Source: Acanthaster planci
Lineage: Eukaryota
Reading direction: 5' to 3'
Assembly: GCF_001949145.1 (NCBI RefSeq)
Contig: NW_019091356.1
Span: forward strand, 4,260,934-4,324,933
Length of the DNA stretch: 64,000 nt
The position numbers and the translations under genes are program-made. The first letter of the stretch is position 1. Each line of letters starts with the position of its first letter. Shown in pieces: positions 62,439 through 64,000 of the stretch. The notes under the pieces were generated by a model. It did no database searches. It was given only the letters and a program-made list of their open reading frames with translations, and was not told the DNA's origin.

Positions 62439-62634
62439 ATTTATTTATAATTCACGGACTGACACCTCGCACTACGAAACATTACCAGCGAATCATACAG
62501 CCCCTGTTGTCTCCCACGTAGCAGCAGTGCTCGTATATAGCCAAGCCCTACCAGTCGTGCCCCCGCAAGGGGCTGTATGATTCGCTGGTAATGTTTCGCA
62601 GTGCGAGGTGTCAGTCCGTGAATTATAAATAAAT
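62439..62634. mobile_element. Palindromic (foldback/MITE-like) element, 196 bp
   Basis: Arms 62439-62505 and 62568-62634 are 67-bp inverted repeats with one mismatch, around a 62-bp spacer; the repeat is observed, mobility is inferred. Confidence 0.8.
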
Positions 62635-63080
62635 CGGGATTTGAGCCTGCTCGGGTGATCGTGGATCACTCCCGCCATGACTGCATTTCAATCTGGTGGA
62701 TTAATGGAGCGGGAATTGGCCCACGTGGTCGAAACAATATGCGAGGACCCGGGCTGGAATGACTTATCACTAAAGCTGACGGCTGAGTCTGATGTATTGT
62801 CGTACAGTTTGGGAGGAAAGTGGGCTAAAATGCCCCCCCCCCCAAAAAAAAAAAATCGAAACCAGGCAAATGTCAAAACGCTAGATGAATATCAGGAACT
62901 TGCACTGAAGACCTGATTCACAGCTAACCGAGTAAAATAGGAATGAATTGCCAGAATGTCATCAAAGTAACCATCTGGAAGTCATACATCTTTGCTTTTT
63001 ATTCTCCGTCTTGAGAGATTATTATCTTTTCCCCTCAGTCCTCATGTCCACGATGCGTTGATACTAAAACCGACCACTGT

Positions 63081-63157
63081 AACAAACAAACAACAAACAA
63101 ACAAACAAACAACCCCAACAAACAAACAAACAAACACCCAACACCCCAACAAACAAA
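63081..63157. repeat. Imperfect (AAAC)n microsatellite
   Basis: aacaaacaaacaacaaacaaacaaacaaacaaccccaacaaacaaacaaacaaac... Confidence 0.9.
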
Positions 63158-64000
63158 AAGTGTTCATGTTTTGATGCCTTTTAAATGCCTTCTTTCTAAC
63201 ACTTTATGAACTGTTGTGGTGTTAATTTATTTGTTGTAACAAGGACGTGTTGATGTGTTAGTAAATTTAAACACAATTACATATTTGGGTGTAACAACAA
63301 GAAACAAACACGTTTATCGCGTGATAACACTTTTTAATTTCGTAAAAGGTGTTTAATTAAACGGTCACATGTTTGCAATCAGCGCTAAGACGCATTTATA
63401 ACGGGTGTTGGTTTTTACAGTGCTATTGCATTTCAGTAGTCATTTTTGACCGTTATTTTATATTTGATTTGCAAAGTTAATTTCTCAGCTTTAGCGAATT
63501 GAAAGTTCCCGCTGTGGCTGTTGTGTCTTATGCCAGCTCAAAATTGTTTTGCCTTAACTTGTATAATCCTTTTCTCCTTGCGTAGACGGGTAATAGCTTT
63601 GCGATATATTTATTGCCTATTTATTTTCCTTTGTACGAAGTCATGAGTTCTGAGAGCTCCTCAATTGTCAAGTCCATTTTCCTCCATAAATCTCGCCCGA
63701 GTGCACGAGACTTGAAGATGAACTGCACTACGTTTGCAAATTGCATCTGAAAAGGACAGTGTGTGGGACAAGGAGTATATCTACACAGTATCAATTATCT
63801 GCAAGGCTTTGCGGCGGTTGCCAGACCCCTTGAGCCATACAGTATACTCAACCCAAGCTGCAGGCGACTCAGTAGTGAGCTGCTGTGGTCCAGCCTTTAG
63901 TCGTGCCCTGCAGTCCGAAGTGTAGCTGTTGCGCATTATAAGATTCACAGGGGAATGGAAATCTCACAATCAGTCTGAATTCGAAATCAATGTAATGGAA

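Overview
Eukaryotic, intron-containing genomic DNA of roughly 40% GC. The gene content suggests an invertebrate deuterostome such as an echinoderm, but the taxon cannot be fixed from sequence alone. The only clearly intact protein-coding gene is a + strand class B1 (secretin-family) GPCR of the corticotropin-releasing hormone (CRH)/DH44 receptor type. I rebuilt it by hand from ten phase-compatible GT-AG exons (15205-27101), plus a probable signal-peptide first exon at 4033-4077, giving about 784 aa with an unusually long (~320 aa) C-tail ending in a PDZ-binding motif. The remaining ~37 kb is gene-poor and holds decayed or mobile material. This includes a probable fossil Polinton/Maverick (adintovirus-like) major capsid + cysteine protease cassette (- strand, ~57500-58980), decayed intronless reading frames of unknown family (~36600-41750), a tRNA-derived SINE split by a nested MITE-like insert, a 67-bp-arm palindrome, a 73-bp direct duplication, a 23-bp minisatellite, and an orphan TATA/Inr/signal-peptide first-exon candidate at ~52921-53037. 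Most ORFs in the supplied track appear to be noise. No database searches were run; family calls rest on motif recognition.
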